From Gammaproteobacteria bacterium (GTDB lineage: Bacteria; Pseudomonadota; Gammaproteobacteria; Steroidobacterales; GCA-2729495), in the NCBI GenBank assembly GCA_030429685.1, contig JAUIEY010000001.1, forward strand, positions 1-42,094: 42,094 nucleotides of DNA, written 5' to 3'. This document shows positions 33,751 through 42,094 of the stretch, one piece after another. The position numbers and the translations under genes were made by a program. The notes under the pieces were generated by a model. The model did not search any database. It had not been told where the DNA came from and saw nothing but the letters and a program-made list of their open reading frames with translations. Numbering within the stretch: position 1 is the stretch's first letter; each line of letters starts with the position of its first letter.

Positions 33751-34689
33751 TCAGTCATCCAGAATCTTTCTGGCCTGCTCGGCATCTTTAAACATCTGCC
33801 GTTTCAGCACCTCGAGATTGGAAAAGTGTTCTTCGTCACGCAGCTTGGCGATGAATTCTACCTGTATATGTGCGCCGTAAATATCCCTGTCGAAATCAAA
33901 AATGTGCACTTCCAGCAGCGGTTCGGTGCCACCCACGGTCGGCCGGGTACCAATGCTGGCCACACCCTTAAGCCAGCCTTCCGCGAGGCCGCCGATACGC
34001 ACGGCAAAAATACCGTGCACCGGACTGCGTGAGCGCTTCAGCCTGACATTAGCTGTCGGCATGCCGAGCGTGCGGCCAAGCTTCTCGCCCTCAATAACCT
34101 GCCCGGACATGCGGTAGCCGCGCCCGAGCAATTTGGCGGCGCCGGCGCAGTCACCGGCGGCGAGCAGCTCACGCACCGCGGAACTGGCCACCCGCACGTC
34201 ACCCTGCATCACGCTGCCCACCTGTTCGACACTGAAACCGAGCTCGGCGCCACGCTGCTGCAAATTCTCCACTGATCCCGCGCGCTTGTGGGCAAAGCGG
34301 AAGTCGTCGCCCACCACAATATGCCGGATACCCAGGGTGCCGACCAGCAGACGCTCGATGAATTCATCGGGCGACAAAATCGCCATCGCCGCATTAAACC
34401 GGGGACAGAAAAACACATCGATGCCAAATTCATCCAGCGCTTCGAATTTTTCCCGGAAACACATCAGCCGTGCCGGTTGCTCAACATCATAAAGCCGGCT
34501 GAAATATTCCTTGGGAGTCGGGTCGAAGGAAAAAGCCAGTGACGCCACCCCCAGTTCGGCAGCTTTTTCGCGCACCCGCCCGAGGATACGGCGGTGGCCG
34601 CTATGCAGTCCGTCGAACGCACCGATGGTGGCAACACTGCCCTGCTCCAGCTCCGGCACGGCGGCACCCGGATTACGAATCAGCCGCAT
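33751..34689 (-). CDS. ribF: bifunctional riboflavin kinase / FAD synthetase
   Basis: 312 aa. GAFDGLHSGHRRIL, the GxPTAN motif (LGMPTANV) and the riboflavin-kinase C-terminal domain (LEVHIFDF...IYG). Confidence 0.95.
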   Translation of the reverse strand: MRLIRNPGAAVPELEQGSVATIGAFDGLHSGHRRILGRVREKAAELGVASLAFSFDPTPKEYFSRLYDVEQPARLMCFREKFEALDEFGIDVFFCPRFNAAMAILSPDEFIERLLVGTLGIRHIVVGDDFRFAHKRAGSVENLQQRGAELGFSVEQVGSVMQGDVRVASSAVRELLAAGDCAGAAKLLGRGYRMSGQVIEGEKLGRTLGMPTANVRLKRSRSPVHGIFAVRIGGLAEGWLKGVASIGTRPTVGGTEPLLEVHIFDFDRDIYGAHIQVEFIAKLRDEEHFSNLEVLKRQMFKDAEQARKILDD

Positions 34690-36319
34690 GCCTGCCTCCC
34701 ATTTTCAGCTCATGCCAGCGCAGCCCGCCGGCAAACAGCACGGCCAGGTAAACCAGCGCACCGCCAGCGATGGTCAGCAACAGCCAGCCGACCGCTGTTG
34801 CAGTGCCGGCCTCCAGCCAGCGTACCGGTGCGGGGACAAAATAATTCAGCATCATGGCCATCACACCTGCGGCCGCGGTCACCCGCAGCAGAAACTTACC
34901 CCACCCGGCGCGGTGGCGGATCACGCCATCCCGGCGCAGCGCACGATACAGCAGGCCCGCATTAAGAAAAGCGCTGGCCGAAGTCGCCAGCGCCAGACCG
35001 GCATGCGCACCCGGCACACCGGATAAAAACCACGGCACCACAAAAATGACGTTCAGCACCATATTAGCCAGCAGCGCGATGATGCCGATGCGCACCGGTG
35101 TGCGCGTATCCTGACGCGCGAAAAATCCCGGCGCCAGTACTTTGACCAGGATGAAGCCGAGCAGCCCTGCTGCATAAGCCATCAGGCTGATGGCCGCCAT
35201 GGACACATCTTCGGCGGCAAACCGGCCGCCGTAAAACAGGGTCGTCAGGGCCGGCCGGGCCAGCATGAAAAGGCCAACCGCCGCGGGCAGCGCAATAAGA
35301 ATGACAATACGCAAGGCCCAGTCCAGCATGGCCGCAAAACCTGCGGCGGAACGGGCCGCATGCTCGCGGGACAGGTTCGGCAGGATCACCGTCGCCAGGG
35401 CAATCCCGAACACACCGAGCGGAAATTCCATCAACCGGTCTGAGTAATACAGCCAGCTGATGCTGCCCGTAACCAGAAACGAGGCCAGCAACGTGTCAAA
35501 CAGTATGTTGATCTGCGCTACGGATGAACCGAAGATCGCGGGCAACATCAGGCGGGCGATCCGCCGCACCCCTTCATCGCGCCAGCCCCATTTGGGTTTG
35601 GGCAGCATGCGCACCCGCGCCAGCGACGGCAACATAAACAGTAGTTGCACCACGCCGGCAACAAACACGCCGGCCGCCAGAACCACACCGGGATTGGCAA
35701 AATTCGGCGCCACAAACGCCGCAAAAGTGATCAGCACCACGTTCAGCAGTACCGGCGCAAAGGCGGCGGCGGCGAAACGCTGATAGGTATTCAGAATCGC
35801 ACCGGCCAGGGCGGTCAGCGATATAAACAGCAGGTAAGGAAACGTGAAGCGCAGCATCTGCACGGCCAGATCGTATTTGGCCGCGGATTCAGCATCCGGA
35901 TTCAGCAGCCAGCCGGCGCCGGCGATGGCGATCAGGATTGGCGCCGCCACTACACCCAGCGCCGTAAACACGAATAGCACCAGGCCCAGCGTGCCGGCCA
36001 CTTTGTCCGCCAGCGCCTGCACTTCGGCGCGCTCACGCTGCTGATCGTACTCGGCAAACACCGGCACGAAGGACTGTGAAAACGCCCCTTCGGCGAAAAA
36101 CCGGCGAAAAATATTGGGAATCTTGAAAGCGACAAAAAACGCGTCCATCAGCAGCCCGGCACCGAAAAACCGCGCATAAACCACGTCCCGGACCAGGCCC
36201 AGTGCACGCGACAGCACCGTCATGCCGCCCACCACGGCGGTGGACTGCAGCAACCCGCGCGCCGAGCGGCCGGCAGCCTCGGGCGCTGCCGATTCAGTCA
36301 CTTCGCCGTCGTTGTTCAC
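34673..36319 (-). CDS. murJ: lipid II flippase MurJ
   Basis: LLQSTAVVGGMTVLSRALGLVRDVVYARFFGAGLLMDAFFVAFKIPNIFRRFFAEGAFSQSFVPVF matches the MurJ N-terminus. Start set at GTG 36319; the track's ATG at 36391 adds about 24 unlikely residues. Confidence 0.9.
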   Translation of the reverse strand: MNNDGEVTESAAPEAAGRSARGLLQSTAVVGGMTVLSRALGLVRDVVYARFFGAGLLMDAFFVAFKIPNIFRRFFAEGAFSQSFVPVFAEYDQQRERAEVQALADKVAGTLGLVLFVFTALGVVAAPILIAIAGAGWLLNPDAESAAKYDLAVQMLRFTFPYLLFISLTALAGAILNTYQRFAAAAFAPVLLNVVLITFAAFVAPNFANPGVVLAAGVFVAGVVQLLFMLPSLARVRMLPKPKWGWRDEGVRRIARLMLPAIFGSSVAQINILFDTLLASFLVTGSISWLYYSDRLMEFPLGVFGIALATVILPNLSREHAARSAAGFAAMLDWALRIVILIALPAAVGLFMLARPALTTLFYGGRFAAEDVSMAAISLMAYAAGLLGFILVKVLAPGFFARQDTRTPVRIGIIALLANMVLNVIFVVPWFLSGVPGAHAGLALATSASAFLNAGLLYRALRRDGVIRHRAGWGKFLLRVTAAAGVMAMMLNYFVPAPVRWLEAGTATAVGWLLLTIAGGALVYLAVLFAGGLRWHELKMGGRHAADS

Positions 36320-36457
36320 CCGCCTGCTGCCACCCTTATATAAAGCGTAAATAGCGCACCGCGGCGACAGTCTAGCCGCCTTTGTCGGCAAAATCGCGCC
36401 ATTCCGGGCGCCCGGGCTGCTCAGGCCGGCCGAACGCTCGCCAAGGGGTTGTTTCTA

Positions 36458-36486
36458 TTGACATCCGCGCCCCAAATGACCAGAAT
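36458..36486 (+). promoter_or_regulatory. candidate sigma70 promoter of rpsT
   Basis: TTGACA (36458-36463), a 17-nt spacer, CAGAAT (36481-36486). This is followed by a small leader hairpin CCTTTCC-GGGGAAAGG and the RBS AGAGGAAG. Confidence 0.5.
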
Positions 36487-36533
36487 GCGCGCCTTTCCGG
36501 GGAAAGGCCGGAACCGTTCACAGAGGAAGATAC

Positions 36534-36800
36534 GTGGCAAACAGCAAACAGTCAGCCAAACGCGCCCGCCAGGCCGAAGTGCGTCGCCAGCACAACGTCG
36601 CCCTGCGTTCGCGCATGCGCACCGCCATCAAGGCCGTGCTCAAAGCCGTTCAGGAAGGGAATGCCGAGGCCGCCAGTGCCGCCTATAAGGATGCCGTGCC
36701 GCGAATTGACACCATGGTCAACAAGGGCCTGGTGCATAAGAACAAGGCCGCTCGCACCAAGAGCCGGCTTAACGCCCGTGTCAGAGGCATCGCCGGCTAG
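36534..36800 (+). CDS. rpsT: 30S ribosomal protein S20
   Basis: 88 aa, GTG start. MANSKQSAKRARQAEVRRQHNVALRSRMRTAIK. Confidence 0.96.
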   Translation: MANSKQSAKRARQAEVRRQHNVALRSRMRTAIKAVLKAVQEGNAEAASAAYKDAVPRIDTMVNKGLVHKNKAARTKSRLNARVRGIAG

Positions 36801-36822
36801 CGTACTTCCGGAGCAGATCAAT

Positions 36823-36853
36823 AAAAAAAGCGGTGTCAGACACCGCTTTTTTT
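36823..36853. terminator. bidirectional rho-independent terminator between rpsT and obg
   Basis: AAAAAAA-GCGGTGT-cag-ACACCGC-TTTTTTT, a 7-bp stem flanked by an A-run and a T-run. Confidence 0.85.
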
Positions 36854-36866
36854 ATGCCTCGCGCTT

Positions 36867-38353
<1,487 letters not shown>

Positions 38354-38490
38354 GCGGCTATTTTGCTACTTTTTCGTATTTATTAGCAAATTTTTCTATT
38401 ATTTTTGGGATTCACGCCTTACTTCGCCAACATTTACTAGTGCGGCAAGCCTAGAATGAACAGGTCTCCAAATACACGCGGGGCACTAAG

Positions 38491-39114
38491 GTGTTGGACA
38501 AAACCAGGCGCAACAACATTACTCCCTTTCCCGGCAAAGGCGCCGACAAGATCGCTGCCATTTCCGGTGATCTGCAGTACGGCATTCAGCCTGGTACCAC
38601 CCCGCTGCTCGCAGAGTTTGTGCAGACCCTGCAAAACACCATCGACAATTGCACCGGGCCGGGTATTGCGCCGGCCGCCAAAGCCGCACTGCGCGGCTAT
38701 GTCTGTGAGCCGGCCCTGCTGGCCGCGGCGCACAAACAGGGCGACGCAGACAACTATACGCGACATTTGCTCTATGCGGCGCCGGACGGCAGCTGCTCGG
38801 TACTGGCCCTGGTATGGATGCCGGGCCAGATCACGCCGATTCATGGCCATACTGCATGGGGCGCTGTCGGCGTCTACGAGGGCAACCCGTTTTGCGAAAA
38901 CTACCAGGTATCGCGCAGCGACAACGGCGCAATAGGTCTGCAAAGCCAGATGAAAATGCGCCTGACTGCGGGCGACCTCGCCACCGTGCGTCCGGGAATT
39001 GACGACGTCCACCGCATCGGCAATGAATCGCAGCGCCGCGCTATCACCATCCATGTCTACGGTCGCGACCTGGTCGCCGAACCCAGCTCCCTGAATATCG
39101 TTTTCGGTCAGTAG
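38491..39114 (+). CDS. cysteine dioxygenase type I-like cupin (Arg-type)
   Basis: 207 aa, GTG start. YTRHLLYAAPDGSCSVLALVWMPGQITPIHGH, DDVHRIGN and ITIHVYG align by eye with rat CDO YTRNLVDQ...SSIHDH, IGLHRVEN and SLHLYS (3-His site, active-site Arg and Tyr). Confidence 0.8.
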   Translation: MLDKTRRNNITPFPGKGADKIAAISGDLQYGIQPGTTPLLAEFVQTLQNTIDNCTGPGIAPAAKAALRGYVCEPALLAAAHKQGDADNYTRHLLYAAPDGSCSVLALVWMPGQITPIHGHTAWGAVGVYEGNPFCENYQVSRSDNGAIGLQSQMKMRLTAGDLATVRPGIDDVHRIGNESQRRAITIHVYGRDLVAEPSSLNIVFGQ

Positions 39115-39251
39115 CCTGCAGCGGCCTGGAAGCCGCTCAGGCCATTGTTTCGACTATAAATAAGTCACTTGATTTAATTCTTCCGAAGCGTAAAATAGCG
39201 GCATCGAATCAGCGGCCTGCGCGCCGCGCCCCAGGTTAGGAGAACGCCACC

Positions 39252-40160
39252 ATGACGTATGAAATTTCTGCCGTCCGCCAGGATCCCGACTACGCATCGT
39301 TTGCCACCACGCCCGTGGGCGGCACTCTTGGCGCCGCAATCACCGGCCTGGATCTGACGCAATCGGTTTCGGCAACCGCCGCGGAAGAATTGCGCCAGGC
39401 ACTGACGCATTTCCATGTGCTGTTTTTTCATGGCCTGGATATCACCCCGGCGCAGCACGCCGAGATTGCGAAAATCTTTGGCACCATTCAGATGGGCGGA
39501 ACTATTCCCCGTCATGACGAGGTGCCGGAAGTCAAAGTGCAGGAATACACCAACCAGGCGAAAGTCGGTGGTGACGTGAACATGCATGCCGACGACACTT
39601 TCAAAGAAATCCCGTCGAAGTGCTCGTTGCTTTATGGCGTGGACATGCCACCGGCCGGCGGCGACACCATCTGGGTCAACACCGAAGCCGCTTATGCCGC
39701 ATTGTCCAAACCCATGCAGCAAATGCTCGACCAGTTGACGGCGGTACATGACCTGGCGGCACGCTTCGGACTCAATTCCTGGGGCAATCCGGATCACAAG
39801 ATGCGCGTCACGATCGAGGAGCACTACCCGCCGGTGGAACACCCGGTGATCAGAGTGCATCCGGAATCCGGCCGCAAATCCATTTTCGTCAACGAGATGG
39901 TCACCACGCGCATCAATGGCATTCCGGAAGACGAAAGCCAGCTATTGCTGCACTACCTGTTCAATCACCTGAAAAAACCACTGTTCCAGGTGCGCCTGCA
40001 CTGGCCGAAAAGTGGCACGCTGGTGATCTGGGACAACCGCTCCACGCAGCATCTGATCCTGCCGGATTTTCAGCCGCAATACCGCAAGAACCATCGCGTC
40101 GCGATTGAGGATGATCGCCGCCCGGTCGGGCCGGCAGAAGCGCTTAAGTCGGTAGCTTGA
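39252..40160 (+). CDS. TauD/TfdA-family Fe(II)/2-oxoglutarate-dependent dioxygenase
   Basis: 302 aa. HADDTF (HxD), PPAGGDTIWVN, VHPESGRKSIFVN and IWDNRSTQH motifs are typical of taurine dioxygenase-like enzymes. RBS AGGAGAA. Confidence 0.9.
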   Translation: MTYEISAVRQDPDYASFATTPVGGTLGAAITGLDLTQSVSATAAEELRQALTHFHVLFFHGLDITPAQHAEIAKIFGTIQMGGTIPRHDEVPEVKVQEYTNQAKVGGDVNMHADDTFKEIPSKCSLLYGVDMPPAGGDTIWVNTEAAYAALSKPMQQMLDQLTAVHDLAARFGLNSWGNPDHKMRVTIEEHYPPVEHPVIRVHPESGRKSIFVNEMVTTRINGIPEDESQLLLHYLFNHLKKPLFQVRLHWPKSGTLVIWDNRSTQHLILPDFQPQYRKNHRVAIEDDRRPVGPAEALKSVA

Positions 40161-40167
40161 TTTGCGG

Positions 40168-40194
40168 CACCGAAAAAGCAGTGCTTTTTCGGTG
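40168..40194 (+). terminator. hairpin CACCGAAAAAGCA-G-TGCTTTTTCGGTG directly after the TauD-like stop
   Basis: 13-nt perfect inverted repeat read directly, 8 nt after the stop codon. Confidence 0.55.
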
Positions 40195-40209
40195 TAAGTT
40201 CCGCCATTT

Positions 40210-40242
40210 GGCATTTCAGCCGGCGATGCCGGCTGAAATGCC
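40210..40242. other. 15-bp perfect stem-loop GGCATTTCAGCCGGC-GAT-GCCGGCTGAAATGCC
   Basis: Read directly. It is the second of three consecutive hairpins between convergent genes. Confidence 0.6.
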
Positions 40243-40260
40243 GGCGTCACTTAAAACAAA

Positions 40261-40295
40261 GCCCCGCTGGTGTATATAAACCAGCGGGGCTTTTT
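40261..40295. terminator. bidirectional rho-independent terminator (serves rpmA on the minus strand)
   Basis: GCCCCGCTGGT-gtatataa-ACCAGCGGGGC, followed by TTTTT on the plus strand and TTTGTTTT on the minus strand. Confidence 0.8.
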
Positions 40296-40370
40296 AATGA
40301 TTGTTGTTTGTCTTCTGGCTGTTCTTGTTGATTTTTAACTTTTTGTTATTTTTATCCGGTGAGTGGCGGG

Positions 40371-40628
40371 TCAGGCTTCGACCACGCTCACGAACATCCG
40401 GTTTTGCCGGCCCTTGCGTTCAAATTTGACGCGGCCATTGGCTTTGGCAAACAGCGTGTGATCACGGCCCAGACCGACGTTAACGCCGGCATGGAAGCGG
40501 GTGCCGCGCTGGCGGACAAGAATATTCCCGGCCAGCACTTCCTGACCACCGAATTTCTTCACACCAAGGCGTTTGGATTCTGAATCGCGCCCGTTACGTG
40601 TACTACCTGCTGCTTTTTTATGTGCCAT
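40371..40628 (-). CDS. rpmA: 50S ribosomal protein L27
   Basis: 85 aa. [29 protein letters not shown]. Confidence 0.97.
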   Translation of the reverse strand: MAHKKAAGSTRNGRDSESKRLGVKKFGGQEVLAGNILVRQRGTRFHAGVNVGLGRDHTLFAKANGRVKFERKGRQNRMFVSVVEA

Positions 40629-40653
40629 TTCAGTTAATCCTTAAACGTTGCGC

Positions 40654-40965
40654 TCAGCCGGAAATACCGGTGATTTCCACCAGGGTGAACGGCTGACGAT
40701 GCCCGCGCGTACGGCGGTAGTTCTGCCGGCGGCGGAACTTGATCACTTCAACCTTCTTGTCCCGGGCCTGCGCCAGAACTTTGGCTTCGACTTTGCCGCC
40801 GGACACCAGCGGAGCGCCAACCTTGACGCTGTCACCCTCACCCACCAGCAACACTTCATCAAACGCGACGCTATCGCCTTCGGCGGCGTCGAGTTTTTCA
40901 ATCTTCAGCTTATCGCCCTGGGCGGCCCGGTACTGCTTACCACCCGTTTTGAACACGGCGTACAT
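40654..40965 (-). CDS. rplU: 50S ribosomal protein L21
   Basis: 103 aa. [25 protein letters not shown]. Confidence 0.97.
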   Translation of the reverse strand: MYAVFKTGGKQYRAAQGDKLKIEKLDAAEGDSVAFDEVLLVGEGDSVKVGAPLVSGGKVEAKVLAQARDKKVEVIKFRRRQNYRRTRGHRQPFTLVEITGISG

Positions 40966-41077
40966 GCTTTTCTCCGCAATCGCTGCCGGGCCTCGCGCCC
41001 GCCAGGATGCTCCAGGGGCCGGAATCCGACAACGTAAATAACCAGATGCGGGGTCTAACCCCGGAAAAAGAGCGGGA

Positions 41078-41106
41078 ATTCTAATGATTTACTCAAGGCA
41101 AATCAA
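41078..41106 (-). promoter_or_regulatory. candidate sigma70 promoter of rplU-rpmA
   Basis: Minus strand reads TTGATT (41106-41101), a 17-nt spacer, TAGAAT (41083-41078). The -35 element overlaps the stop codon of the nuclease gene. Confidence 0.4.
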
Positions 41107-41945
41107 TGCTTAACGGCGTCCCGGCAGAATATATCGTCGAGCCTGCCGGCCAGCCTGGCGCCGGCCTGGTAAAGACGTAAGTTAATGATATTCATTGCCT
41201 TTTCGCGGTATGCCGGAGTCAGCTCGGGAATTGCAGCGGAGCGCGCGGCGCCCAGGTCATAGACACTGGCGCGGTAATCTTTGGACTCCTGCGCCCAGTC
41301 CGGCGGGCCGCCCCCGATCGCAACCTCGCTGTCGGCATTGTGTTCCAGCAGGTAGCGGGCGTAATCGCGCGGACTGTCGACAATCTGCTGCAGGTCGTAG
41401 CCGTCCCAGAAACTGTGCAGGCTGGTGCGCCGCTCCCCGACCCGCACGCTGATCCGATTGCCGCCCTGATCTTCCCTGCGCCCGACATGCAGCGGCTGAT
41501 GCACGTCGGCAACAAAATGCACCAGGTACCGGTAGGCCATGGCACGATCCAGCCGGTCGGCCTCGTCATTCGCCAGCAACCAACTGAATTGCTCGATCGC
41601 AAACAACACGTTGTCATCGCGTCGCCGGCGTTTGTCAGTCATAAAGTCGGCGACGCTGACATTGTCCGGCACATTGATGTAATGCCAGCGATTGGCATGG
41701 CGGGTATGCCGGTAGGCCCGAATATCATCAGCCCAGACGCCTGCCGCCGCGAGGTCGCGCTCGTCATCAATGGCGGCCAGCGCGATGCGGGTCTCGGCAC
41801 ACACCAGTGCCTCGGCAATGTGCCCCACCACCCGGTGGGCCTTGCCGTTAAACGCCTGCAGCGGTGCAGTCGGCAGCAACAACACACAACAGCACAGCAA
41901 GCGGCGGATATTTATTGTCGTCACGGGCATCCATGGCATTATCAT
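41103..41945 (-). CDS. S1/P1-family nuclease (secreted)
   Basis: 280 aa. Signal-like RRLLCCCVLLLPTAPLQA. Motifs WHYINVP, HFVADVHQPLH, DQGGN and LHSFWD are typical of zinc-dependent S1/P1 nucleases. The start could be M6 (41930). Confidence 0.85.
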   Translation of the reverse strand: MIMPWMPVTTINIRRLLCCCVLLLPTAPLQAFNGKAHRVVGHIAEALVCAETRIALAAIDDERDLAAAGVWADDIRAYRHTRHANRWHYINVPDNVSVADFMTDKRRRRDDNVLFAIEQFSWLLANDEADRLDRAMAYRYLVHFVADVHQPLHVGRREDQGGNRISVRVGERRTSLHSFWDGYDLQQIVDSPRDYARYLLEHNADSEVAIGGGPPDWAQESKDYRASVYDLGAARSAAIPELTPAYREKAMNIINLRLYQAGARLAGRLDDIFCRDAVKH

Positions 41946-42094
41946 GGGCGCTATGAAACTGGTAAAGCCTGCAAGTCCCGCCTTTGATATTGAAACCGTG
42001 CGTGCCCAGCTCGGCGATGACTGGCCCGCGGTGAACCGTGAGATTCTGGCGAATCTGAGCAGTGACGTGGCACTGGTGAACAGTGTCGCCCACT
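41944..42094 (+). CDS. ispB: octaprenyl-diphosphate synthase, N-terminal fragment (runs off the right edge)
   Basis: This open-ended frame gives MGAMKLVKPASPAFDIETVRAQLGDDWPAVNREILANLSSDVALVNSVAH, which parallels the E. coli IspB N-terminus (...VNAAILEQLNSDVQLINQLGYY). It is divergent from rplU as in other gammaproteobacteria. Alternative ATG at 41953. Confidence 0.7.
   Translation, partial: MGAMKLVKPASPAFDIETVRAQLGDDWPAVNREILANLSSDVALVNSVAH

Overview
High-GC (about 60-65%) gammaproteobacterial chromosomal segment, densely coding. Functions were assigned only from motifs I recognise in the translated ORFs; no database search was run.

The right third (27.5-42.1 kb) is a Pseudomonas-like housekeeping backbone: tRNA-Thr, minor-pilin genes, lspA-ileS-ribF-murJ, rpsT, obg, rpmA-rplU, ispB. 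It carries several insertions and deletions relative to that layout.

The left two thirds are accessory metabolism:
- A UbiD-family decarboxylase operon with TerC and an aconitase-type dehydratase. It lies next to SDR, nitronate-monooxygenase-like and split YeeE/YedE genes, and a separate NQO-like/UbiX/PNPOx-like operon.
- A two-operon membrane-lipid modification cluster: two cyclopropane-fatty-acid-synthase paralogs, an FAD oxidoreductase, DUF1365, DUF1295 and an NTF2-like lipoprotein.
- A VOC / NADPH-reductase / VOC / MFS / alpha-beta-fold operon, convergent with an RND pump.
- A set of secreted proteins next to tRNA-Thr.

I see no CRISPR array, IS element, integrase, prophage gene or recognisable phage-defence domain.

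The most interesting candidates, all unverified:
1. The dehydratase + prFMN-dependent decarboxylase + prFMN-supply gene set at 1-7483.
2. A perfectly symmetric pair of ECF-like promoters (TGAATC-N17-CGAAA on both strands) sharing a 17-nt palindrome between the two lipid operons.
3. An lrp / cysteine-dioxygenase / tauD module spliced between rpmA and obg, with lrp overlapping obg by ATGA.
4. A stripped-down fimT-pilV-pilW-pilX set lacking pilY1/pilE that ends 8 nt from lspA.
5. A 21-nt duplication of the ileS start region that creates an in-frame 7-codon uORF.

Many long ORFs in the track are antisense shadows typical of high-GC DNA and were not called.
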